In this document: positions 48,931 through 57,138 of the stretch, one piece after another
Layout of the letters: each line of letters starts with the position of its first letter
Position numbering within the stretch: position 1 is the stretch's first letter
The notes under the pieces: generated by a model
Told to the model about the DNA's origin: nothing
Seen by the model: only the letters and a program-made list of their open reading frames with translations
Database searches by the model: none
Position numbers and translations under genes: made by a program
DNA from: Armatimonadota bacterium
GTDB lineage: Bacteria; Armatimonadota; SYMT01
Assembly: GCA_046292385.1 (NCBI GenBank)
Contig: JBKBRF010000029.1
Location: 1 to 64,000 of the forward strand
Length of the DNA: 64,000 nt
Direction: 5' to 3'

Positions 48931-50004
48931 GTGGCTGCGGTAGGCGAGAGCGGCGCGGTCGGCCGGCTGCGGGCCACCTGGGAGCAGCTCGAGAATCCGG
49001 TGATGGGGCGCGAATTCCGCAGCCGGATGCGGGGCGCGCGCAGCTATCTGATCACCGGGGGCTACACCGTGCTGGTCTCGGCGATCGTGCTCATCGTCTA
49101 CTGGGCGCTCACGGTCGGCGGCCCCACCCAGCTCACCCAGATGAACCAGCGGGCGGCGGAGGTGGGCCGCGGCATCTGGCTCTGGGGCTGCGTGGTGCAG
49201 GCGTGCCTCCTGCCGCTGATGGTGCCGGCATTCACCTGCGGGGCGATCACCCTGGAACGGGAGCGGGAGATGCTGGAGCTGCTGCTGCTGACCCGGCAGA
49301 GCGCCCTGCAGATCTGCCTCGGCAAGCTCGCGAGCGGGGTAGGGCTCGGACTGATCCTGATCGCCGCCTCCGTGCCGGTTCTCTCGATCTCGCTGATTCT
49401 CGGTGGCGTGGCCCCACACGAGATCCTCGCCTGCATCTCGGTGCTCGCCGCCTCGGTGGTCGTCAGCGGCGCGCTCGGGCTCGTCATGTCGTCCCTGGCG
49501 CCGCGGACGGTGGTGGCAACCGCGCTCACTTACCTGGTGGTCGGCTCCGGAATGCTCGGCATGCCGTTCCTGCTTGCGGTCCTGGGGGCGGCGAACAGCG
49601 CCTCGATGAACGGCTCCGAGCTCGGCATCCTCGCCATGCTGCTCGCGCTAATCCTCGCCTCGTTCGCGCCGGGCGTGGCGGTGGGAATCGGCATCCTGAC
49701 GCTCCAGGCGCGGCGCACCGGGAAGAGTCCCGAGCGGTATCAGGTGATCGGCACCGTCGGGGCGAGCTGGGCGCTGCTGCTCGGTACGCTCTACCTGCCG
49801 GGAATGTCCGAGCTGTTGATGCATGGCAGCGCGCTCCTGTTTCTGCACCCGGTGATGACGATCCACGGCCTGATGGAGCCGGGTTCAGCCTTCCGGTCCT
49901 GGGCGCCGATGGAGTGGCTCGTCTGCACGGTCGTCTATCTCGGCGCCGCCGTCGGGTTCACCTACCTCGCTATCCTGCGCGTCCACCGCATGCGCGCCGC
50001 TTGA
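48931..50004 (+). CDS. ABC-2 type permease (paralog)
   Basis: NPVM.REFR.RMRG.R, AITLERER..LELL..T, GKL. Confidence 0.88.
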   Translation: MAAVGESGAVGRLRATWEQLENPVMGREFRSRMRGARSYLITGGYTVLVSAIVLIVYWALTVGGPTQLTQMNQRAAEVGRGIWLWGCVVQACLLPLMVPAFTCGAITLEREREMLELLLLTRQSALQICLGKLASGVGLGLILIAASVPVLSISLILGGVAPHEILACISVLAASVVVSGALGLVMSSLAPRTVVATALTYLVVGSGMLGMPFLLAVLGAANSASMNGSELGILAMLLALILASFAPGVAVGIGILTLQARRTGKSPERYQVIGTVGASWALLLGTLYLPGMSELLMHGSALLFLHPVMTIHGLMEPGSAFRSWAPMEWLVCTVVYLGAAVGFTYLAILRVHRMRAA

Positions 50005-50017
50005 ATCCGTCGCGGTT

Positions 50018-50092
50018 GTTGGCAGGTTGCAGGTTTCAAGTACCGAAACCCCACCGCCGGCGGGTCTCAACCTGCAACCTGCAACCTGCAAC
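50018..50092. repeat. Inverted heptamer arrays (GCAGGTT / ACCTGCA x3) between convergent genes
   Basis: GTTGGCAGGTTGCAGGTTTC ... CAACCTGCAACCTGCAACCTGCAAC can pair into a long hairpin. Confidence 0.7.
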
Positions 50093-50099
50093 ACCCGGT

Positions 50100-51416
50100 C
50101 TATTCGTGGCGAAGGGCCTGGATCGGGTCGAGGGCGGAAGCCTTCACCGCCGGGTAGAGCCCGAAGAAGACGCCGACCAGCACGGAGAAGGTGAAGCTGA
50201 TGATGATCGGCGCGGCCGAGAGCTGCATCGGGAAGCCGAGGCCGCCTTCGGAGGCGGGGGAGCCCATCCAGAGCGCCACGCCGATGGCGATCCCGATCCC
50301 GAGCAGACCGCCGAACACGCTGAGCGTGATCGACTCAATCAGGAACTGGTAGAGAATGTCCCGCCGCTTGGCGCCGATCGCTTTCCGGATGCCGATCTCG
50401 CGGGTCCGCTCGGTCACGGAGACGAGCATGATGTTCATGATCCCGATGCCGCCGACGATCAGCGAGACCATCGCGACGCCGGAGAGCAGCATGGTGAGGA
50501 AGCCGCTCTGCTCGTTGGCACTCTCCATCAGGTCCTTCTGGTTGTGGACCCGGATCGGCGGATCGTCGTACGCCCCCAGCTTGTGGATGCGGTAGTAGGC
50601 CGCCATGACCTGTTCTTCGGCGGCGATCATGCGCTCCGCGGAGACTGCCTGGACGCTCATCGCATTCAGGTACCGCTCGCCGAAGATCCGGCGCATGGCG
50701 GTGGTGGTCGGGATCGTCACCTGGTCATCCGGGTTCCGGAACGCCATGCCGCCGCGCTCCTGCGCGACGCCGACGACCAGGAAGTTCTGCCCGTTGATCT
50801 TGATGCTCTTCCCCACGGGCTGGCGCTCACCGAACAGCTCTTCCCGGATCTGGTGCCCGATCACGGCCACCTTCGCCCTCGACTCTACTTCCTTCATCGT
50901 GAAGTAGCGGCCGTCGGCAAGCGGCAGGTTGCGGATCTCGAAGTAGTTGGGATAGGCGCCGTAGATCGTCGTACGGGTGTTGTTGTTCCCGAACTTGACG
51001 GTACCGTTACCCCGGTACTCCGGAGAGATCCGCACGACGTCCGGACACATCTTGAGGAGCTGGTCGGCGTGCTCGATCTCCATCGACTGCCGGGTCCCCG
51101 CCTCACCCTTCACGCCCGCGGAGCGCTGCGCCTCCGGGCGGACGGTGAGCACGTTGGTGCCCATTTTCTGGATCGCTTCGGCGGTCGCGGCCGCGGCCCC
51201 CTCACCCAGCGCCACCATCACGATCACGGCGGCGACCCCGATGATCACGCCGAGCATCGTGAGGATCGACCGCAGCGGGTTGGAGATGAGGCCCTGCCAC
51301 GCGACGTGGAACGCCTCCACGATGCTGAGACCCCCGCGGTGGCGGAAGTTCGGGACCTTAGGGAGAACGGGCGTGTGGGCTTTGTCGCGGAGCGAGCTGG
51401 GGTGGATTCCTTCCAT
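50100..51416 (-). CDS. MacB/FtsX-like ABC permease
   Basis: RS.LTMLGVIIGVAAVI, VGGIGIMNIMLVSVTERTREIGIRKAIGA, FGLYPA.KAS.LDPI.ALR.E. Confidence 0.93.
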   Translation of the reverse strand: MEGIHPSSLRDKAHTPVLPKVPNFRHRGGLSIVEAFHVAWQGLISNPLRSILTMLGVIIGVAAVIVMVALGEGAAAATAEAIQKMGTNVLTVRPEAQRSAGVKGEAGTRQSMEIEHADQLLKMCPDVVRISPEYRGNGTVKFGNNNTRTTIYGAYPNYFEIRNLPLADGRYFTMKEVESRAKVAVIGHQIREELFGERQPVGKSIKINGQNFLVVGVAQERGGMAFRNPDDQVTIPTTTAMRRIFGERYLNAMSVQAVSAERMIAAEEQVMAAYYRIHKLGAYDDPPIRVHNQKDLMESANEQSGFLTMLLSGVAMVSLIVGGIGIMNIMLVSVTERTREIGIRKAIGAKRRDILYQFLIESITLSVFGGLLGIGIAIGVALWMGSPASEGGLGFPMQLSAAPIIISFTFSVLVGVFFGLYPAVKASALDPIQALRHE

Positions 51417-51711
51417 ACAGGTCTATTCGACACCGGCGAGCCGTGTTCCACGTCCGCTTTCCGCTGCGGTTTCCTTGGGCCGGTGCTGCCTCGCGCTCAA
51501 TCTTCGCTCAACCAACCCGCCTGTCACGGTGCGTATGTGATTTCAGTTCGTTACTGGCGCAACCAGTTGGTGGTCCGATCCGTATGTTATGGAAGTGGCT
51601 CTCCGTTCCCGAAGACGGCAGCACGGCCAGCCGGGCGAGTACCCTCCGGATGTCCTGCACGCAACCGCTGCGCCGGTGGCCGGAGCCGACCCTCGGATGA
51701 AAGGTTTTGCG

Positions 51712-52407
51712 ATGAGATCCCTCCTGACCCCGCGCCGCGCCGCCGTCGGCGTGGCTGCCGCTGCCGTGGCAGCCGGCGCCCTGCTGAGCCAGCGAGAAGT
51801 GCCCGCTGCTCCCACGGTTAAGCTGCCGGCGCCGACCGGCCGGATCGCCTACCAGATCAAGAGCAGCTTCATGAATGGCTCCGCCACGCTCGCCTGGGCC
51901 GAGTCCGGGAAGCGGTTCCGCCAGGACATGGACATGAAGACCTCCTTCCCCGGCGCTCCGAAGGGCCAGGCTCCGCAGTCGATCAAAGGCTGGGCGATCT
52001 CGGACGGAACCTACCTCTACATGCACCAGGCGAACCAGGGCAAGACCGTCAAGCGGATCAAGATGCAGGGCAACACCAACCCCTTCGCTTCGATGATGCC
52101 GATGGGCGGGCAGGTCGGGAATGCCGGAAAGGTGGTCGGTAAAGCGACCGTGCTCGGTAAGCCGTGCCAGATCCGCGAGGCTGGGGGAGCCAAAGCGTGG
52201 GTGTGGAACGGCCTGCCGCTCAAGGTCGAGGTCGCGGGGCCGCAGCAGGGCGGCGTCCAGCTGAACATGAACATGACCGCCACCAAGCTGGAGACCGCCC
52301 CGAAGTTCGCCGCCAACCACTTCAAGGTTCCGAGCGGCTACAAGATCGAGGAAGTGAAGCCGCGGCCGCTTCCGGCAGGTCCCAGGCCCGGCGCTCCCAA
52401 GAAGTAG
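51712..52407 (+). CDS. Exported hypothetical protein (LolA/DUF4412-like)
   Basis: Signal peptide; GK.TVLGKPC, WVWNGLPLK, F.VPSGY; ATG 51712 after GAAAGG. Confidence 0.7.
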   Translation: MRSLLTPRRAAVGVAAAAVAAGALLSQREVPAAPTVKLPAPTGRIAYQIKSSFMNGSATLAWAESGKRFRQDMDMKTSFPGAPKGQAPQSIKGWAISDGTYLYMHQANQGKTVKRIKMQGNTNPFASMMPMGGQVGNAGKVVGKATVLGKPCQIREAGGAKAWVWNGLPLKVEVAGPQQGGVQLNMNMTATKLETAPKFAANHFKVPSGYKIEEVKPRPLPAGPRPGAPKK

Positions 52408-52521
52408 CGCCCCAGCTGCCGGCCAGGTGCACGCGAGGCAGACACCTGGCCGGCGGCCCCCTTCCCCATCCGGTCCGCCCGGCTCCGGTCGAACCGCCGC
52501 CGGACGGCGCACAATGGAGGC

Positions 52522-53565
52522 GTGAACCTCTACCGCCTCCTCTTCCCGCTCATCCGCCGCCTCGATCCGGAGTCGGCTCACCACCTCGTCCTGCGCCTGC
52601 TCGGCGCCGCCCAGCGCTCCTCCCCCGGGCGCGCGCTGCTGCGCCGCATGGCCGGCCCCACGCCGGAAGACCCGGTCGCGCTCTTCGGGCTGCGCTTTCC
52701 GAACCGCGTGGGAGTCGCCGCCGGGTTCGACAAGGACGTCCACATGGCGGAGGGCCTGGGCCTGCTCGGCTTCGGGCACGTGGAGGTCGGCACGCTCACC
52801 CCGCGGCCGCAGCCGGGAAACCCGCGCCCGCGCATCTTCCGCCTGGCGGACGACCGCGCCATCATCAACCGGATGGGCTTCCCCAACTGCGGCGTGGAGG
52901 CCGCGCTGCCGCGGCTTCGGGCACTCGACCGGGAGCGGCGACGGTTCGTGCTGGGGGTCAGCCTGGGGAAGCAGAAGGAGACCCCGCTGGAGCGGGCCGC
53001 GGACGATTACCTCGCCGTGATGCGCTCGGTCTACCCGTACGCGGACTACCTGGCGGTGAACATCAGCTCCCCCAACACGCCGGACCTCCGCGCGCTGCAA
53101 GGCGACGTCTACCTGCGCGACCTGCTGTCGCAGCTCCAGACCGAAAGCGAGGTGCTGGCGCGGGCTTCGGCAGCGGCGGCGCGGCCGCTCCTGGTTAAGA
53201 TCGCGCCGGACCTCACCTGGGACGAGCTGGACCGGATTCTCGCGATCGCGCTGGAGACCGGAGTCGCGGGCCTCATCGCCACCAACACCACCCTCTCCCG
53301 GGAGGGACTGACCGACCCGCGAAAGACCGAGACCGGTGGGATGAGCGGGCAGCCCCTTCTGGCGCGGAGCACGGAGATCGTCGCGCACATCCACCGCCAG
53401 ACCGGGGGCCGGCTGCCGGTGATCGGAGTGGGCGGGATCTTCTCCGCGGACGACGCGCGGAAGAAGCTCGACGCGGGGGCCTCCCTGGTGCAGGTTTATA
53501 CCGGCCTCGTGTATGAAGGACCGGGGATCGCCGGGACGATCCTCCGGGGACTGTGCCGCCGTTGA
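52522..53565 (+). CDS. pyrD: Quinone-dependent dihydroorotate dehydrogenase
   Basis: LDPE.AH, AAGFDK, INRMGF.N, VNISSPNTP, KIAPDL, GGMSG.P, QVYTG.VY.GP. Confidence 0.96.
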   Translation: MNLYRLLFPLIRRLDPESAHHLVLRLLGAAQRSSPGRALLRRMAGPTPEDPVALFGLRFPNRVGVAAGFDKDVHMAEGLGLLGFGHVEVGTLTPRPQPGNPRPRIFRLADDRAIINRMGFPNCGVEAALPRLRALDRERRRFVLGVSLGKQKETPLERAADDYLAVMRSVYPYADYLAVNISSPNTPDLRALQGDVYLRDLLSQLQTESEVLARASAAAARPLLVKIAPDLTWDELDRILAIALETGVAGLIATNTTLSREGLTDPRKTETGGMSGQPLLARSTEIVAHIHRQTGGRLPVIGVGGIFSADDARKKLDAGASLVQVYTGLVYEGPGIAGTILRGLCRR

Positions 53566-53670
53566 TCCTCGATAGCCAGATGTAAGCGGGCACTCGCCCC
53601 GTCAGCGCGTCAGCCGCTCTTAAAGCGGGCAAGCTGTAGGAGGAAGCTCCAGGGGAGGAAGAGACCAGGT

Positions 53671-54516
53671 ATGCCGTTACGCACTATTCTGCTCGCCACG
53701 GACGGCTCCGCGGGAGCCCAGGCGGCCGCCAGACAGGTCGCGGAGCTGCCGCTCGAGTCCGACGCGCTGGTCACCCTGCTCTGCGTGCAGGAAGATCCGG
53801 AACACGACCCGAGCCGCGTGCTCGCCGAAACGGCCGAGCTGTTCCGCTACAGCACGGCGGCCCTGAAACGGGACACCGAGACCGGCCATCCCGCGGAGAC
53901 GATCCTCCGAGTAGCCGACGAGCTGCATCCGGACCTGCTGGTGCTGGGGGCGAGCGGTCGCTCCGGTATCGCCCGGTTCTTCCTCGGGAGCGTCTCCGAG
54001 CGAGTGGCCCGGCACGCGCAGTGTCCGGTCCTGGTAGCCCGCGGCGGCGACGGCCCGATCGGCCGCGTGATCGTGGGGATCGACGAGTCGGAGACCGCGG
54101 ACCGGCTGGTGCCCTGGCTGGCCGACCTTCCCCTGCCGGCGGAGAGTGAGCTGCGGCTGGTGACGCTGATCCCGAACCTCCACGCCATGGCGGCGGAGCG
54201 GATGTCCGTGGCCCCACCGCTCAGCGAGGCGCCGGAGGCGATGTCCGACTGGATGCGAGACCGCGCCCAGGAGCGGCTGTCGGCGCTCGCCGCCGGGATG
54301 AGGGCGAGGGGCCGCCGCGCCGCCACCGAGATCCGCTCCGGGGATCCGGCCCGGGGGTTGATGACGATCGCTTCCGATGAAAGCGCGGGGCTGCTCGTGA
54401 TCGGCGCCGGCGCCGAGGGCGCGCTGGAGCGGTTCCTGCTCGGCAGCGTGAGCGAGCGAGTCGTGCGCCACGCCCCGTGCTCGGTGCTCGTGTTCCGTCC
54501 CGCCGTTGGCCGCTGA
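53671..54516 (+). CDS. Universal stress protein (tandem USP domains)
   Basis: ILLATDGS; G..G...FLLGSVSERV.RHA.C.VLV twice. Confidence 0.92.
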   Translation: MPLRTILLATDGSAGAQAAARQVAELPLESDALVTLLCVQEDPEHDPSRVLAETAELFRYSTAALKRDTETGHPAETILRVADELHPDLLVLGASGRSGIARFFLGSVSERVARHAQCPVLVARGGDGPIGRVIVGIDESETADRLVPWLADLPLPAESELRLVTLIPNLHAMAAERMSVAPPLSEAPEAMSDWMRDRAQERLSALAAGMRARGRRAATEIRSGDPARGLMTIASDESAGLLVIGAGAEGALERFLLGSVSERVVRHAPCSVLVFRPAVGR

Positions 54517-54574
54517 AACCTAAAGATTCGGTGCGACACGAAGCAGGCAAGTGCTCGTCCTGAGATATAGGTAG

Positions 54575-54597
54575 AAGTGGTACGGGTTCTACCAGTT
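54575..54597. promoter_or_regulatory. Putative Rrf2 autoregulatory operator (23-bp imperfect palindrome)
   Basis: AAGTGGTA-CGGGTTC-TACCAGTT, 5 bp upstream of the Rrf2 ATG. Confidence 0.6.
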
Positions 54598-54602
54598 TAA
54601 AG

Positions 54603-55043
54603 ATGATCCGCCTCAACCTCTCCACTGACTACGCCCTGCGCACGCTGCTGTTCCTCGCGTCGCGACCCGGCGGCCACTGCTCCACCCGCGAGGTGGCGGA
54701 GTTCTACGAGATCTCCGCCGACCACGTGAGCAAGGTGGTCCAGACCCTGGCGCGCGCCGGGGTGGTACGGGCGGAGCGGGGTCGCGGCGGCGGCATCCGG
54801 CTCGCCCGGAAGCCTGCCGACGTGACCGTGGGAGAGATCGTGGAGCTGTTCGAGGGACCGGTGGCGCTGCTGGCGTGCGTGAACACGGACGACGTCTGCA
54901 CCATCCAGCCCTCGTGCCGGCTGCGCCTCATCCTCGACGACGCGGGCCGTCAGCTTATCCTGCGGCTCAGACAGGTGACCTTGAGTGACCTGGCTGTGCC
55001 GGAGCCGGCGGCGCTGATCCAGTTAGAACCTGCTGCTAAGTAG
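54603..55043 (+). CDS. Rrf2 family Fe-S transcriptional regulator (NsrR-like)
   Basis: TDYALR.L..LA, RGRGGG..LA, three Cys in C-x6-C-x5-C. Confidence 0.88.
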   Translation: MIRLNLSTDYALRTLLFLASRPGGHCSTREVAEFYEISADHVSKVVQTLARAGVVRAERGRGGGIRLARKPADVTVGEIVELFEGPVALLACVNTDDVCTIQPSCRLRLILDDAGRQLILRLRQVTLSDLAVPEPAALIQLEPAAK

Positions 55044-55117
55044 TCCATTACTCCCGACCGCCGGCGACCGAGTCGGCGCTCCTGCCGGGTTTTCCCGGAA
55101 GCACTGGAACCGATGCC

Positions 55118-55636
55118 ATGAAGAAGAACCTCGCTCCCCTGTTTGTCTCGGGCGCCGCGCTGGCGCTGGCGGGACTGATCGGACTCTCCGCCAACGCGCA
55201 GGATAAGAAGCCCCAGCCCGTCAAGATGTCGCTCGCCCAGGCGAAGCAGACGGTCACCATGCTGAACGACCTCTACGTGACCACCGTGGTCCTGACCCAC
55301 GCCACCTACGTGAAGGACCGCAGCACGCCGGCCTCCGCGATCGTCGCCCGCAAGGTCTTCGACGCGATGGAAGAGAAGGGCTGGCCGCAGACCCGCTGGC
55401 TCAGCACCACCGGCCGGCCGTTCAACCCGGACTCCAACCCGAAGGACCAGTTCGAGAAGGACGCCGTCGCCGCGCTGAAGAAGGGCGAGAGCCGCTTCGA
55501 GCGCGTGGTGGACGGCAAGCTGCGCGTGGTAACGCTGGTGCCGCTGGTCGACAAGAGCTGCGGCATGTGCCACACCCGCGACAAGGTGGGAGACCCGATC
55601 GGTGGTCTCTCCTACACGATCAACCTCGCCCAGTAA
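55118..55636 (+). CDS. Exported monoheme c-type protein, DUF3365/Tll0287-like
   Basis: Signal peptide; P.NP...P.D.FE..A; C-terminal CGMCH...GD.IGG.SY. Confidence 0.8.
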   Translation: MKKNLAPLFVSGAALALAGLIGLSANAQDKKPQPVKMSLAQAKQTVTMLNDLYVTTVVLTHATYVKDRSTPASAIVARKVFDAMEEKGWPQTRWLSTTGRPFNPDSNPKDQFEKDAVAALKKGESRFERVVDGKLRVVTLVPLVDKSCGMCHTRDKVGDPIGGLSYTINLAQ

Positions 55637-55689
55637 CGGGCACCTGCCGGGGCGGGGCTCCGGTCCCGCCCCTTCCGGAGGTTCACGCC

Positions 55690-56250
55690 ATGACCTCGCC
55701 GCTGACCCTCGCCCCCGGCCGCCTCACCCTCGTAGCCCTCACGGGCGCCTGTCTGCTCTTCCCGGCCGGCCTCGCCGCCGCGGGGAGCTCCGCCCCGGCC
55801 AAAGCAGCGCCGCCGCCCTCGCTGGCGGAAGCGAAGCGCCTGGTGCGGATGATGGACGACATCTACCAGGCCGGCGTGCTTTCCGCACACAAGATGTACG
55901 TGCAGGAGCCCGGCGTCCCCGCGGCGGTCACCTGGGCCAAGCAGGTGATCGGCCAGGTGAAAGAAAAGGGCTGGCCCGAGGCCCGCATCTTCGCGACCAC
56001 CGACCGGATCCTCAACCCGGAGAACAAGATCGAGACCGCTTTCGAGCGCGAAGCCGCCGCCGCCTTCCGTAAGGGGATGCCGCGCTTCGAGAAGATCGAT
56101 GGCGACGTGCTCCGCTACGCCACGGAGATCCGCGTGGTCGACCAGGCCTGCATCTCCTGCCACAACAAGGAGAAGATCGGCGACCTCCTGGGCGGCGTGA
56201 GTTACCAGATCCGCTTTGCACAAGAGGGGAAGCCGAAAGCCCAGAGATGA
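55690..56250 (+). CDS. Exported monoheme c-type protein, DUF3365/Tll0287-like (paralog)
   Basis: Signal peptide; LNPEN...FE; CISCH...GDLLGG.SY; ATG after GGAGG. Confidence 0.8.
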   Translation: MTSPLTLAPGRLTLVALTGACLLFPAGLAAAGSSAPAKAAPPPSLAEAKRLVRMMDDIYQAGVLSAHKMYVQEPGVPAAVTWAKQVIGQVKEKGWPEARIFATTDRILNPENKIETAFEREAAAAFRKGMPRFEKIDGDVLRYATEIRVVDQACISCHNKEKIGDLLGGVSYQIRFAQEGKPKAQR

Positions 56251-56356
56251 AAGACGCGCACCCGGGTGCGTGATCGGTGTGAGCGGGCCGGGGGGAGACC
56301 TCCGGCCATTGTCGTCTCAGCGGCAGAGATCCTTCCGTGGAAGGGCCGGTTCGGCC

Positions 56357-56387
56357 TTCATCCCTCATCCCTCATCCTTCATCCCTC
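56357..56387. repeat. Heptamer tandem repeat (TCATCC[C/T])x4
   Basis: TTCATCCCTCATCCCTCATCCTTCATCCCT. Confidence 0.7.
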
Positions 56388-56472
56388 TGAAATCCCGCGA
56401 CTCCTTTTCCGCTCCGCGTCGAACCTATGCATGGACGCGTCTTGAGGTACGGAAAACGACAAGGAGCTCGCG

Positions 56473-57138
56473 GTGACCGAGCAGCTTCATACGGCACCTC
56501 CCGGCGAGGACGACTGGCTCCGCGCGCTCCGGCGGCGAGAGCCGTGGGCGTGGGACCGCCTGCAGCGCGAGACGTTGGACGCGGTGTACGGCTACCTGCG
56601 CCTGCGGTGCCGCCGGCGTGAGGACGCGGAGGACCTGGCCGCCGAGGTCTACGCCGCGGCGGTCGCCTCGATCGACGGATTCCGCGGCGACGCGCGGCCG
56701 GAGGTCTGGCTCATCGGGATCGCCCGGCGCAAGCTGATCGACGCCTTCCGGCGCCGGCAGCGGAGGCCGGAGGTGCTGGAGAGCGATCTTCCGGAGCCGG
56801 TCTTCTACGCGGAAGACCGGTCCGGCCGGGCGGTCTCTCCGGAGACCGCGCTGGAGCAGAAGGAGCGCCTCGCCACGGTGCGGGCGGCCGTGCTCCAACT
56901 GCCGGAAGCGCAGCGCGAGGTGCTCTGGCTGCGCTGCGTAGACCAGCTCTCTCTCGCCGAAACCGCCGCCGTTCTGCGCCGCACGGAGAACGCCGTGAAA
57001 GGCCTCATCCGCCGGGCGCGGCTCGCCGTGCTGGAGCGGCTCGCCGCCGACAGTGCTCCCCAACTTGAGACCATGGAGACTTCCCATGTGGAGCCCTCGC
57101 TTTCGCCTGTGGTTCCGGCCGGACGCTCCCGCGAGTGA
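56473..57138 (+). CDS. ECF sigma-70 factor
   Basis: DAEDL..EV, WL..IARRKLID..R, LPE.QREV..LR....LS..E.A..L..TE.AVK....RAR; AAGGAG RBS. Confidence 0.93.
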   Translation: MTEQLHTAPPGEDDWLRALRRREPWAWDRLQRETLDAVYGYLRLRCRRREDAEDLAAEVYAAAVASIDGFRGDARPEVWLIGIARRKLIDAFRRRQRRPEVLESDLPEPVFYAEDRSGRAVSPETALEQKERLATVRAAVLQLPEAQREVLWLRCVDQLSLAETAAVLRRTENAVKGLIRRARLAVLERLAADSAPQLETMETSHVEPSLSPVVPAGRSRE

